A DNA stretch of 57,930 nt from positions 128,129-186,058 of the forward strand of contig JAGVBB010000002.1 of assembly GCA_020059915.1 (NCBI GenBank). The letters are read 5' to 3'. The notes under the pieces are model-generated. The model did not search any database and had not been told where the DNA came from. It saw only the letters and a list, made by a program, of their open reading frames with translations. The translations under genes and the position numbers were made by a program. Source of the stretch: Minisyncoccota bacterium (GTDB lineage Bacteria; Patescibacteriota; Minisyncoccia; UBA6257; GWB1-50-10). Positions within the stretch are counted from its first letter, which is position 1. Every line of letters starts with the position of its first letter. This document shows, one piece after another, positions 20,587 to 29,421 of the stretch.

Positions 20587-21263
20587 TTCCATCAATTATT
20601 GCCTATCTATTACTTGCATTATTTCCAACAGCTGTATGGATGGTCTTTTTTCTTAAAGAAGATACAAAAAGGGAGCCGGCGCGACTTATTATAAAAACTT
20701 TTTTCTTTGGTGCTCTATCAAGTATTCCCGTGTTAGGTTTGCAGATTTTTGCAGAGAGATTATTTGATGGATATATTTCTAGCTTTTTTATAACCGCAGT
20801 CATCCTTGCATTATTTGAGGAGTTTTTTAAATTTTATCTGACATATCTTGCAGTTCATAAAGATCCTGACTTCGATGAGCCAATCGATCCGATGATTTAT
20901 ATGGTGGTTGCTGGACTTGGTTTTGCAACAATTGAGAATATGTTTGTTATTGCTTCTGTTATGTTCCACCATGATTATATTTTTACATTAACCGCTGTTG
21001 GGTCTGCAGTTGTTCTCCGGTTTATTGGTGCAACATTATTACATACACTTGCATCTGCGGTTGTTGGATATTTTTGGGCACGAGGAATGCTTTTCAATAA
21101 AAGAAAAGAATTTATTGTATTTGGATTGGTAATTGCAACTGTCATCCATGCAATATTTAATACGCTCGTTTTTCAATTTCAGGAAATTAATTTCTTAATT
21201 CCAACATTGTTTCTTGTTGCGGTATCGTTTTTTGTGTTTCGTGATTTTGAGAACCTCAAATAA
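20580..21263 (+). CDS. PrsW family intramembrane metalloprotease
   Basis: EEFFK, GLGFATIEN, LLHTL, IHAIFN motifs; multi-TM. Confidence 0.9.
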   Translation: MVVPSIIAYLLLALFPTAVWMVFFLKEDTKREPARLIIKTFFFGALSSIPVLGLQIFAERLFDGYISSFFITAVILALFEEFFKFYLTYLAVHKDPDFDEPIDPMIYMVVAGLGFATIENMFVIASVMFHHDYIFTLTAVGSAVVLRFIGATLLHTLASAVVGYFWARGMLFNKRKEFIVFGLVIATVIHAIFNTLVFQFQEINFLIPTLFLVAVSFFVFRDFENLK

Positions 21264-21288
21264 TTATTGTGTGATATAATACCAATAT

Positions 21289-21762
21289 ATGGAGTATTTT
21301 GAAGAAAAAGAAACACAACAAGAACCCGAAGATATTTTTGTTGAACTTGCAAAGGTAAAATCTTCACCAGCAAAGATTGTCATTGAAGAAGATCCAAAAT
21401 CCTCAGTGATGGACGAACAGGTGGACGAAATAGAGGGACAACTTACTGTAGATGTATATCAGGATGGAGATGATATTGTTGTACAATCGACAGTTGCGGG
21501 TGTGTCTCCTGATGATCTTGATATACACATAACACCAGAATCAGTAACAGTGAAAGGTTCACGAGAAAAATCACAGAAGATTGAAGATAAGGATTATTTT
21601 TACCAGGAATGTTTTTGGGGGAGATTTTCTCGTTCAGTTATTTTGCCAGCAGAAGTGGATCCAGAAAAATCTACCGCAACGGTAAAAAATGGAGTTCTCA
21701 CCGTTCGTATGCCTCGTCTTAATCGCCAAAAAGGAAAAAAGGTAAAGGTAAAATCAGATTAA
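21289..21762 (+). CDS. Hsp20/alpha-crystallin small heat-shock protein
   Basis: LTVDVYQ, AGVSPDDLDI, GRFSRSVILP, KNGVLTVRMP. Confidence 0.93.
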   Translation: MEYFEEKETQQEPEDIFVELAKVKSSPAKIVIEEDPKSSVMDEQVDEIEGQLTVDVYQDGDDIVVQSTVAGVSPDDLDIHITPESVTVKGSREKSQKIEDKDYFYQECFWGRFSRSVILPAEVDPEKSTATVKNGVLTVRMPRLNRQKGKKVKVKSD

Positions 21763-21790
21763 ATAAATCCCCGCAAAAGCGGGGATTTTT

Positions 21791-22660
21791 TTATTTCATA
21801 CAAAGCGCTCCCTCACGAATCCATGAATAGGCAACCGTACCATCCTGGAACACAACAAGTTGTCGGACGAAATCTTTTTTTGGGTTGTGTCGAGTGACAT
21901 AATCAGTTAATCGTAGAATATTGCCATTGTAGTCATATACGCCACCTCCCCATATATGTCCATGACAAAACTTTGTATTTTTTTTGAGCCACAGACGTAT
22001 TGATGCGATTCCTATTCTGGAAGGAGTAAATTCATTTCTTGACCCATCGGGGTTTCCAATTGGCCATGAAGTAATATTATTTACTCCGTATATATTAGTA
22101 AGTGTATGAACCGCCTCTTTATAGGTTGATACATTTTCAATACCACCTCTTCTTAAAAGTAGAGTACATCGAAGTCCAATTCCATATTTTTGAATATTTT
22201 CAAAAATGGTTTCAAAGTGCGGATATTGAGAAATCCCGTATGCGCATGCTTGTTTTGACTCGTCTATTGAATGAATTGAGACTGCGATGTTTGATAATCC
22301 CAGTCTTTTCCAGTGGGGGAGCCATGTCTCACAAAAATGTTCATCACCAAACAAAATTCCATTAGTAAACAGGTTTACATTTGGAAAATATGCTCCCTGA
22401 GCTGCGCATTTTTGATATATCTCAAGAGCTTTTGTAATAGATTTTGGATCACAGGTTGGCTCTCCACTACTCGTAAGAGAAAGAGACCATCCTCCGTATC
22501 GTGCTGAAAGCTTTATTGCAGATTCGTAATTTTTCCAATAAAGCTCATTGTTATTGGCTTGTGGTCGCAGATATTTTCCTGCGCAAAATTCACAGTTGCC
22601 ATTGCAGATGCCAGATCCTACAAGAGCGGAAACACTATAAATATACTCAATACATGCCAT
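21791..22660 (-). CDS. Radical SAM protein of unknown function
   Basis: CNGNCEFC cluster motif, SSGEPT, FTNG, AVSIHS; start at 22660 after GGAGG SD. Confidence 0.88.
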   Translation of the reverse strand: MACIEYIYSVSALVGSGICNGNCEFCAGKYLRPQANNNELYWKNYESAIKLSARYGGWSLSLTSSGEPTCDPKSITKALEIYQKCAAQGAYFPNVNLFTNGILFGDEHFCETWLPHWKRLGLSNIAVSIHSIDESKQACAYGISQYPHFETIFENIQKYGIGLRCTLLLRRGGIENVSTYKEAVHTLTNIYGVNNITSWPIGNPDGSRNEFTPSRIGIASIRLWLKKNTKFCHGHIWGGGVYDYNGNILRLTDYVTRHNPKKDFVRQLVVFQDGTVAYSWIREGALCMK

Positions 22661-22719
22661 AACACACCTCCTTTGTTTATGTTCTGTTTGTATTGTAAGT
22701 GGAATAAAAACCATTAAAA

Positions 22720-22777
22720 GAGCCATATATTGTGCTATAAAAGCGATTGTATTATAAAAAATAACAATATATTGCTA
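22720..22777. promoter_or_regulatory. Tandem NrdR-box-like operators
   Basis: gagCCATATATTGtgc (22720-22735) and taaCAATATATTGcta (22762-22777), 42 bp apart, adjacent to nrdR. Confidence 0.7.
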
Positions 22778-22790
22778 TACTATTAATATA

Positions 22791-23246
22791 ATGAAATGTA
22801 TTTATTGTAATCATAAAAAATCGGATGTTATAAATTCTCGGGGAATAAAAAATGATTCAATGGTGTGGCGTAGGAGATATTGTCTCGGATGTAAAAAGAT
22901 TTTTACTACCAAAGAAAGCGCAGTTGCTGATAATCTTTTTATAATAAAGAGAAATGGGATTCGACAAAGATTTATATACGAAAAACTCTTTGCATCAATC
23001 TTTAGGGTTATCAATACTGGGAAAAACCGTGATAGTGGCGATGATGCAAAGTTAGCAAAAAAGATTTCTGAGTTGATTGTAAGAAAGTTATTTTCAATCT
23101 CCTCAAATAAAACTATTTCAAGTAATACAATTATTGAGTTAGTACACAAAGAATTAAAAAAGAACAATTCTTCATTTGCTGATATGTATATTGCATATTC
23201 TGACTATCGTATTAAGGTTGCGCTTTCGTTCATAAAGAGAATTTAA
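22791..23246 (+). CDS. nrdR: Transcriptional repressor NrdR-like (Zn ribbon plus ATP cone)
   Basis: MKCIYC...VINSR...RRRYCLGCKKIFTTKE, then IIKRNG..QRF..EKL ATP-cone start. Confidence 0.85.
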   Translation: MKCIYCNHKKSDVINSRGIKNDSMVWRRRYCLGCKKIFTTKESAVADNLFIIKRNGIRQRFIYEKLFASIFRVINTGKNRDSGDDAKLAKKISELIVRKLFSISSNKTISSNTIIELVHKELKKNNSSFADMYIAYSDYRIKVALSFIKRI

Positions 23247-23276
23247 TCTTATAATAAAATACGATATACTATTTTT

Positions 23277-23410
23277 ATAGATCCCGTTAGAGGTAGCACT
23301 GCTTTGTGAGGACGTGATTCCAACGGTGTATCTACATAATGTAATACAAAAAACTATGAATAAAAATAAAATGTCGCAATCAAATATGTATTATTTCTAA
23401 CGGGATGGAT
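23277..23410. mobile_element. MITE-like start-codon element, copy 2 (core 23283-23404)
   Basis: CCCGTTAGA/TCTAACGGG TIR flanked by ATAGAT and ATGGAT; the second contains the ATG at 23405. Confidence 0.72.
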
Positions 23411-23719
23411 CACTTATTTGCATATGGAACACTTGCAGATCCGGAGGTGCTCAAAAAAATAATTGGGAGAGCGGTAGCCCCAACACCAGATAAATTACAT
23501 GGATATCAGTATAAAGATACAATGGTTGTAGTTGATGGAGAGTTTTATCCAGGAATTGAAGAGTGTGAGGAGCTCTCGGTTGATGGCGTTGTGTACGATA
23601 TATATCAAGAAGAACTTTCACTAATTGATCAATATGAGGGTGGTATATACAAACGAAAACGAGTTCGTTTGGAGAGTAATATTGATGCGTTTGTATACAT
23701 TCCAGATCACATAGATTAA
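23405..23719 (+). CDS. Gamma-glutamylcyclotransferase (AIG2-like) family protein
   Basis: LFAYGTL, YPGI, VDGVVY, IDQYEG..YKR. Confidence 0.9.
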   Translation: MDHLFAYGTLADPEVLKKIIGRAVAPTPDKLHGYQYKDTMVVVDGEFYPGIEECEELSVDGVVYDIYQEELSLIDQYEGGIYKRKRVRLESNIDAFVYIPDHID

Positions 23720-23750
23720 AAAACTTCCATATATGGAAGTTTTTTAATAT

Positions 23751-24953
23751 CTATTCTTTTTCTTCTCCTAGTTCCGTTTCAGCGGTTCCGTGTTCTTGTT
23801 TTTCATCAGGATTCGATTCAGCCCGGATATCAATTTTCCATCCAGTCAATCTTACTGCGAGACGAACATTTTGCCCCCCCTTTCCGATAGCAAGAGATAA
23901 TTGATCATCTGAGACAATAATTTTTGCTTCTCGATTTTCTCCAATTTCCACACGAACAGCTTTTGCTGGTGATATAGCGTGTGCTAAGAATTTTTCTGGA
24001 TCCTCGTCCCATTCGATAATATCTATTTTTTCATTCCCCAGCTCGTTAGTAACTGCCATAACGCGTGTTCCGCGCTGTCCTACTGCAGATCCTACAGGAT
24101 CAACTCCCTCTTCTTTTGAGTGGACAGCGATTTTTGATCTACTACCAGCTTCACGCGCTACGCTTTTTATTTCCACGGTGCCGTCTGCAATTTCTGGAAC
24201 TTCGAGTTCAAATAATTTTTGAACAAATTTTGGATGTGATCGCGAAAGCACAATTCCTGGGTGCCGTGCGTCATTTTGTACTGCAAGGACAAAGAATCTC
24301 ATACGTTCCCCAGCTCGATAATGTTCGCCAGGAATTGCTTCATTTCGAAACATTATTCCAATAGCTCTTCCCAAATCAATAAAGACGTTTCCTCTATCGA
24401 ATCGCTGGATAATTCCGCTCACAATTTCTCCCTCTTTGTCTGAATATTCTTCATGAACAGATGCGCGTTCTGCGTCGCGCAAACTTTGAAGTACTACTTG
24501 TTTTGCTGTTTGGGCAGCAATTCTTCCAAAGTCGGAATGAGTTTCAAGTGGGAACTCAAGCTCTTCACCGACAACTGCATCTGGTTTTATCATTTTTGCC
24601 TCCTCTAAAAATATGTGTCTATCTGGTATGTAACGAGGAAGGAGTCCCTCTTCTTCTATTTCTTCTTCTCGTCGTATTTGTTGATGTTCTTTTTTTTCAT
24701 CTCTTTCTTCTTCTGGGACCTCCTCAACTATACGAACCTCATTTGGATCAACAACAGTCTTTACTTGTACAAATGCGAGCTCTCCTGTTTTTGGATCAAA
24801 AGCTGCCCGGATAACCTCTGAGCGTTTTCTATATTCTTTTTTATATGCTGCGGCGATTGCGGTTTCAATAGCGTTTGTAACGCGTTCTGGTTGAAGACCT
24901 TTTTCTTTTGCAATCTGTTCGATTGCTGCGCCCATTTCTTTTATGTTTATCAT
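23751..24953 (-). CDS. nusA: Transcription termination/antitermination factor NusA
   Basis: FGRIAAQTAKQV, S1 domain, AREAGSRSKIAV, SLAIGKGGQNVRLA. Confidence 0.97.
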   Translation of the reverse strand: MINIKEMGAAIEQIAKEKGLQPERVTNAIETAIAAAYKKEYRKRSEVIRAAFDPKTGELAFVQVKTVVDPNEVRIVEEVPEEERDEKKEHQQIRREEEIEEEGLLPRYIPDRHIFLEEAKMIKPDAVVGEELEFPLETHSDFGRIAAQTAKQVVLQSLRDAERASVHEEYSDKEGEIVSGIIQRFDRGNVFIDLGRAIGIMFRNEAIPGEHYRAGERMRFFVLAVQNDARHPGIVLSRSHPKFVQKLFELEVPEIADGTVEIKSVAREAGSRSKIAVHSKEEGVDPVGSAVGQRGTRVMAVTNELGNEKIDIIEWDEDPEKFLAHAISPAKAVRVEIGENREAKIIVSDDQLSLAIGKGGQNVRLAVRLTGWKIDIRAESNPDEKQEHGTAETELGEEKE

Positions 24954-25069
24954 ACTATTTAGTTGTCTATTTAGGTCTTTTTAAAAAATGGTCCGTCCTT
25001 TCGGGGGACGGTCTCATCAACCTAACAGAGAAAGTATACCATATTTCTTTTTTATTTCAAGTGCGGGCA

Positions 25070-26119
25070 CTACAACGTGATATTTGCATTTGCTTTGATT
25101 GGTCGATTCTTCTTTTCTAGAAAATTGATATATCCAGCAACAGCAATCATTGTTGCATTATCTGTATTGTATTGATGTGACGGAGCAAAAAAGCCCACTC
25201 CTATTTTATTACAAGTATTCTTTAGGGTTTCTCGTAATGCTTTACTTGCAGCAACTCCGCCAGATAGAAATAATGAGCGCGCGTTATATTCCTCGATTGC
25301 ACGTGTTGCTTTGCGTTGGAGTACATCGATTGTTGCTTGTTGAAAACTTGCGGCTACATCATTGATATTTGCATCTTTGTGATCGCGTAAGTAATAAAGC
25401 ACGGATGTTTTGAGTCCAGAAAAACTGAATTCATAATTTTTTTCATACATCATTGGACGGGGAAATTGGATTGCTTGTGGATTTCCATTTTTTGCACATC
25501 TTTCTATTTCTGGCCCCCCAGGATAGGGAAGTTTTAATAGTCGCGCCACCTTATCAAATGCCTCGCCGACTGCATCGTCGCGTGTTTCTCCAAGCTTTCC
25601 CCTTTTTGTAAGTGAATCCATTCGGATAATCATGGTATGTCCACCACTTACTACAAGTGCAATCGCGGGAAACAATGATTTCAAATTGAAAATTGAAAAT
25701 TGAAAATTGGAATTTACAGTTTTCTTTTGTTCTGACAAAAGAAAACTGTATAAATGTCCTTCCATATGATTTACTCCAATCAATTTTGCCTTTGGAAAAT
25801 ATTTTTTATGAATTTCTTTTGCAAATCCGATCCCTGTCCAGAGTGCTGGCTCAAGTCCTGGACCGACAGTAACTGCGATAATATCAATTTTTTTCTTTCC
25901 AATTATTTTTTGAATGTTTTCAAAGAGTATAGGGAGATTAATGAGGTGTTCTCGTTTTGCAAGATTGGGAACAACGCCACCAAATGGCTGATGAATAGCA
26001 ATTTGTGATGTTACAAGATTTTCAAGAATGACGAATGTTGGGCGCAAAAGCCCACCACTTGCCTCAACAAGAGAGAATGCAGTTTCGTCACATGACGTTT
26101 CTATTGCCAATATTCGCAT
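25070..26119 (-). CDS. tsaD: tRNA N6-threonylcarbamoyltransferase TsaD
   Basis: ILAIETSCDET, GPGL, NHMEGH, VSGGHT, DDAVGEAFDK, TDNATMIA. Confidence 0.96.
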   Translation of the reverse strand: MRILAIETSCDETAFSLVEASGGLLRPTFVILENLVTSQIAIHQPFGGVVPNLAKREHLINLPILFENIQKIIGKKKIDIIAVTVGPGLEPALWTGIGFAKEIHKKYFPKAKLIGVNHMEGHLYSFLLSEQKKTVNSNFQFSIFNLKSLFPAIALVVSGGHTMIIRMDSLTKRGKLGETRDDAVGEAFDKVARLLKLPYPGGPEIERCAKNGNPQAIQFPRPMMYEKNYEFSFSGLKTSVLYYLRDHKDANINDVAASFQQATIDVLQRKATRAIEEYNARSLFLSGGVAASKALRETLKNTCNKIGVGFFAPSHQYNTDNATMIAVAGYINFLEKKNRPIKANANITL

Positions 26120-26199
26120 TATTTGCATTATATGGAGTTGGATAAATATATGCAATTTATTGAAAAAAAATTGTACTCGGAGTAGTATGGCGTAGACGC

Positions 26200-27690
26200 A
26201 TGAATCGGTTTTTAGAAATGTTAATGGGAATTTTGTCTTGGGGAACCCTTTTGGGGCTCCTTTTTCTTTCATGGAAAGTCCCATTTGCGGTTGCAATATT
26301 TATAGTGCTCTATGATCTCTTTTGGTTTCTAAAAACAGTATATTTATTTTTCCATCTTCGATATTCATTTCGTCAGATGAAAAGAAATATTGGGATAAAT
26401 TGGATTGAACAAATTCAACATGAGTCATTACATTGGGAGCATATTCATCATTTGATGGTTCTTCCTATATATAAAGAATCTTATACAGTAATTAGAGAAA
26501 CAATAGAATCGCTTTCACAAACAAATTATCCGACAAAAAAAATATTTATATTACTTGCTCCCGAAGAACGTGGGGGCATGCGTGGTGATGTAGAAAGAGT
26601 TCGAGATGAGTTTTCGCATTTATTTGGTGGTTTTCTCGTCGTTGAACATCCGGCAAATTTACCAGGAGAGCTTCCTGGAAAGGGGTCTAATGAAACCTAT
26701 GCGGTACGTCGGGCAATTCCAGAGATGATAGAGCCATCCGGCATACCTATAGAACATTTTATTGTTTCTGTTTTTGATATAGATACACGTCCAGGAAAGG
26801 AGTATTTTGGAATACTCACACATGCGTACTGTGTCGCCCCACATCCCGATCGATCAAGTTATCAACCAATTCCCGTTTTTACCAGTAATATTTATAAAGT
26901 TCCCATTGTTGCACGACTTATAGGATTTAGTTCTACATTTTGGCAACTCATGCAACAGGCACGTCCCGAACAATTAGTGACATTTTCCTCTCACAGCATG
27001 CCACTCAAAGCACTCCAAGAAATTGGATTTTGGCATACGGATATTGTTTCTGAAGACTCCAGGATTTTTTTCCAATGTTTTGAACACTTTAAGGGAGATT
27101 GGAGGGTTGTTCCATTGTTATATCCAGTATATATGGATCTTGTTGAGGGTGAAACGGTATTTAGTGCGTTGAAAAATTTGTATAAACAACAAAGAAGATG
27201 GGCGTGGGGAATTGAAAACGTCCCATATGTGTTGAGAAATTTTTGGAAGAGTAAGGTTATTCCGGTTAGGAAAAAAATATTTTGGACGTTTACGTTATTG
27301 GACGGTTTTTACTCTTGGGCAACGAGTTCGTTTATAATCTTTTTGTTTGGATTCTTACCTAATGCAATTGGTGGTCCATTATTCCATCAGACCGTTACCT
27401 CGTATAATCTTCCAAAAATAACCGGATTTATTATTAATCTTAGTACTATTGGTATTATTACCTCTGCCTTCTTAAGTGTTCAGTTACTTCCTCCGAAAGA
27501 TAAAACAAAACATAAGTGGTATGAAGTCCTATATTATCTTGCTCAGTGGATGTTGGTTCCATTTACATTCATTTTCTTTAGTGCAATACCAGCACTTGAA
27601 TCTCAAACACGTATGATGTTGGGGGGGAGATTCAAGCTTGGTTTTTGGGTAACGCCAAAAGCGGGACAGGAGGATAAAAACGATTCTTGA
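26200..27690 (+). CDS. Membrane glycosyltransferase family 2 (processive type)
   Basis: GKGSN, FDID, SEDS, QQRRWAWG (QxxRW); N- and C-terminal TM helices. Confidence 0.88.
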   Translation: MNRFLEMLMGILSWGTLLGLLFLSWKVPFAVAIFIVLYDLFWFLKTVYLFFHLRYSFRQMKRNIGINWIEQIQHESLHWEHIHHLMVLPIYKESYTVIRETIESLSQTNYPTKKIFILLAPEERGGMRGDVERVRDEFSHLFGGFLVVEHPANLPGELPGKGSNETYAVRRAIPEMIEPSGIPIEHFIVSVFDIDTRPGKEYFGILTHAYCVAPHPDRSSYQPIPVFTSNIYKVPIVARLIGFSSTFWQLMQQARPEQLVTFSSHSMPLKALQEIGFWHTDIVSEDSRIFFQCFEHFKGDWRVVPLLYPVYMDLVEGETVFSALKNLYKQQRRWAWGIENVPYVLRNFWKSKVIPVRKKIFWTFTLLDGFYSWATSSFIIFLFGFLPNAIGGPLFHQTVTSYNLPKITGFIINLSTIGIITSAFLSVQLLPPKDKTKHKWYEVLYYLAQWMLVPFTFIFFSAIPALESQTRMMLGGRFKLGFWVTPKAGQEDKNDS

Positions 27691-27738
27691 ACAGTAGAAA
27701 TTTGAGAATCGGTTTCTTCTCAGATATTATGAATATGT

Positions 27739-28887
27739 ATGCGCATTGCAATTCAGGCAACATGGACGGCACGCGGCGGGATTGAAACGTTCGTCTATCA
27801 GTTGATGAAGGAGTTTTCAAAGAAACATGAGGTGTTCTTTTTTGTTTCTTATTGGGGAAATAAAAATATTTATGAACTACCAAAGAATGTTCATATTATT
27901 GAAGTTCCAGTTATTCCTCAAAAAAAGGATAAGGAGAAGATTAAAAATATTTTTTTGCAAAATAAGATTCAGATAATTCATATAAATAATACTGACGCGG
28001 TAAGTATAGCTATCCTAAAAATTGGCAAAAAACTAAAAATTCCTACAGTTATTTCAAATCATCAAGTGCCAGAATATGGGGTATATCGTTGGAATTCCAT
28101 CAATAAAGTTCCAAAAATTCAAAAGATAAAAACCTTAATTCGAAATTTTATTTGGAAACGAGCTCTAGTTTTTATTGATTCTCAAACGAGCCTCGTTATT
28201 GTTCCGAGTTTATTTTTAAAAAATAAACTCATCTCGTATGGAGTAAGAAAAAAAATAGAGGTTATATCATGTGGGGTTGATACAATATTATTTTCACCAA
28301 AGCCAGTTGGAGTAGCTCTAAAAAATTTTTACAAATCTGAGAAGACTATATTGTATATGGGACGTCTTGATTTTGGGAAACGTATTGATGTTTTGATTCG
28401 TGCATATTTCGAAATTGCAAAAAAGTATGACAATGTAGGATTGGTATTATGTGGTCAGGACAGTGGCGCCCTGAGTGCACTTCAGGAGTTAATAAACTTT
28501 TTGAAAATAAATGATAGGGTTTCCATTCTTTCCTCTTTGCCCGCCCAATCTCAGGAGCTGATCAATTATTATCGATATGCAACATTGTTTGTTCTGCCGT
28601 CAGAAATGGAAACACAGGGAATCGTGGTTCTTGAAGCAATGGCGTGTGGACTCCCTATTGTTGCGGCAAATACGAGCGCACTTCCCGAATTAGTTAAACC
28701 AAGAGAAAACGGATTTTTATTTAAAAATGGAGATGTTGAAGATTGTGCAAGATATATCGAAATTATCTTGTCTGATGTTGATCAGGCAAACAGATTTGGT
28801 GCTCGAGGTAGAGAGTTAATAATGGATCATGATATAGAAAAAGTGGCAATACGATTTTTGGAAGTGTATGGGAGTCTTATACAATGA
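27739..28887 (+). CDS. Glycosyltransferase family 4
   Basis: GGIE, GVD..LF, YMGRL...KR, ETQGIVVLEAMACGLPIV. Confidence 0.92.
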   Translation: MRIAIQATWTARGGIETFVYQLMKEFSKKHEVFFFVSYWGNKNIYELPKNVHIIEVPVIPQKKDKEKIKNIFLQNKIQIIHINNTDAVSIAILKIGKKLKIPTVISNHQVPEYGVYRWNSINKVPKIQKIKTLIRNFIWKRALVFIDSQTSLVIVPSLFLKNKLISYGVRKKIEVISCGVDTILFSPKPVGVALKNFYKSEKTILYMGRLDFGKRIDVLIRAYFEIAKKYDNVGLVLCGQDSGALSALQELINFLKINDRVSILSSLPAQSQELINYYRYATLFVLPSEMETQGIVVLEAMACGLPIVAANTSALPELVKPRENGFLFKNGDVEDCARYIEIILSDVDQANRFGARGRELIMDHDIEKVAIRFLEVYGSLIQ

Positions 28888-29417
28888 AAGATTTTGTAAC
28901 AAATGCATATACGCTTCGCGTAACCCCATCGCGAGATTTTGATAAAACAGCACATTTGTTCACAGAGGATTTTGGACGCATTGAGGCGCGCGTGGTGAGT
29001 GGACGAAAACCACTTTCAAAATTTTCCCCACATCTTGAGCCAATGAGACGTGTTACTGTTCGTCTTGCCCAAAGAAAAGGGTTTACTATTACCGATGTGC
29101 TTTCCGAGAAGCCAAGTTTATATATTAAAAATAATAATGATTTATGGAGTCATGCATTAAAGTCATTTTCTCTTATTCATTTTTTAACGCCAAAGGAAAT
29201 GAAGGATGATTCTTTGTGGAACATACTTGAGAATATGAATGAAACAGGAATTATAAACCCCAAAGAAGTACTTTCTTGTCTTGGATATAATATACATCAT
29301 GCATTATGTGATGTTTGTGGTTCTCAGTTTATTGTTGGCTTCAATTTTTATTCTCATGAATTTCTTTGTCTTGCATGTGCAGAGAAGTTTTCAGAATCTC
29401 GTATCGTGATATTATAG
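28884..29417 (+). CDS. recO: DNA repair protein RecO (short form)
   Basis: DFDK..HLFTEDFGRIEA..SGRK..SKFSPHLEP OB-fold N-terminus; C-terminal CxxC...CxxC. Confidence 0.75.
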   Translation: MKDFVTNAYTLRVTPSRDFDKTAHLFTEDFGRIEARVVSGRKPLSKFSPHLEPMRRVTVRLAQRKGFTITDVLSEKPSLYIKNNNDLWSHALKSFSLIHFLTPKEMKDDSLWNILENMNETGIINPKEVLSCLGYNIHHALCDVCGSQFIVGFNFYSHEFLCLACAEKFSESRIVIL

Positions 29418-29421
29418 ATAT

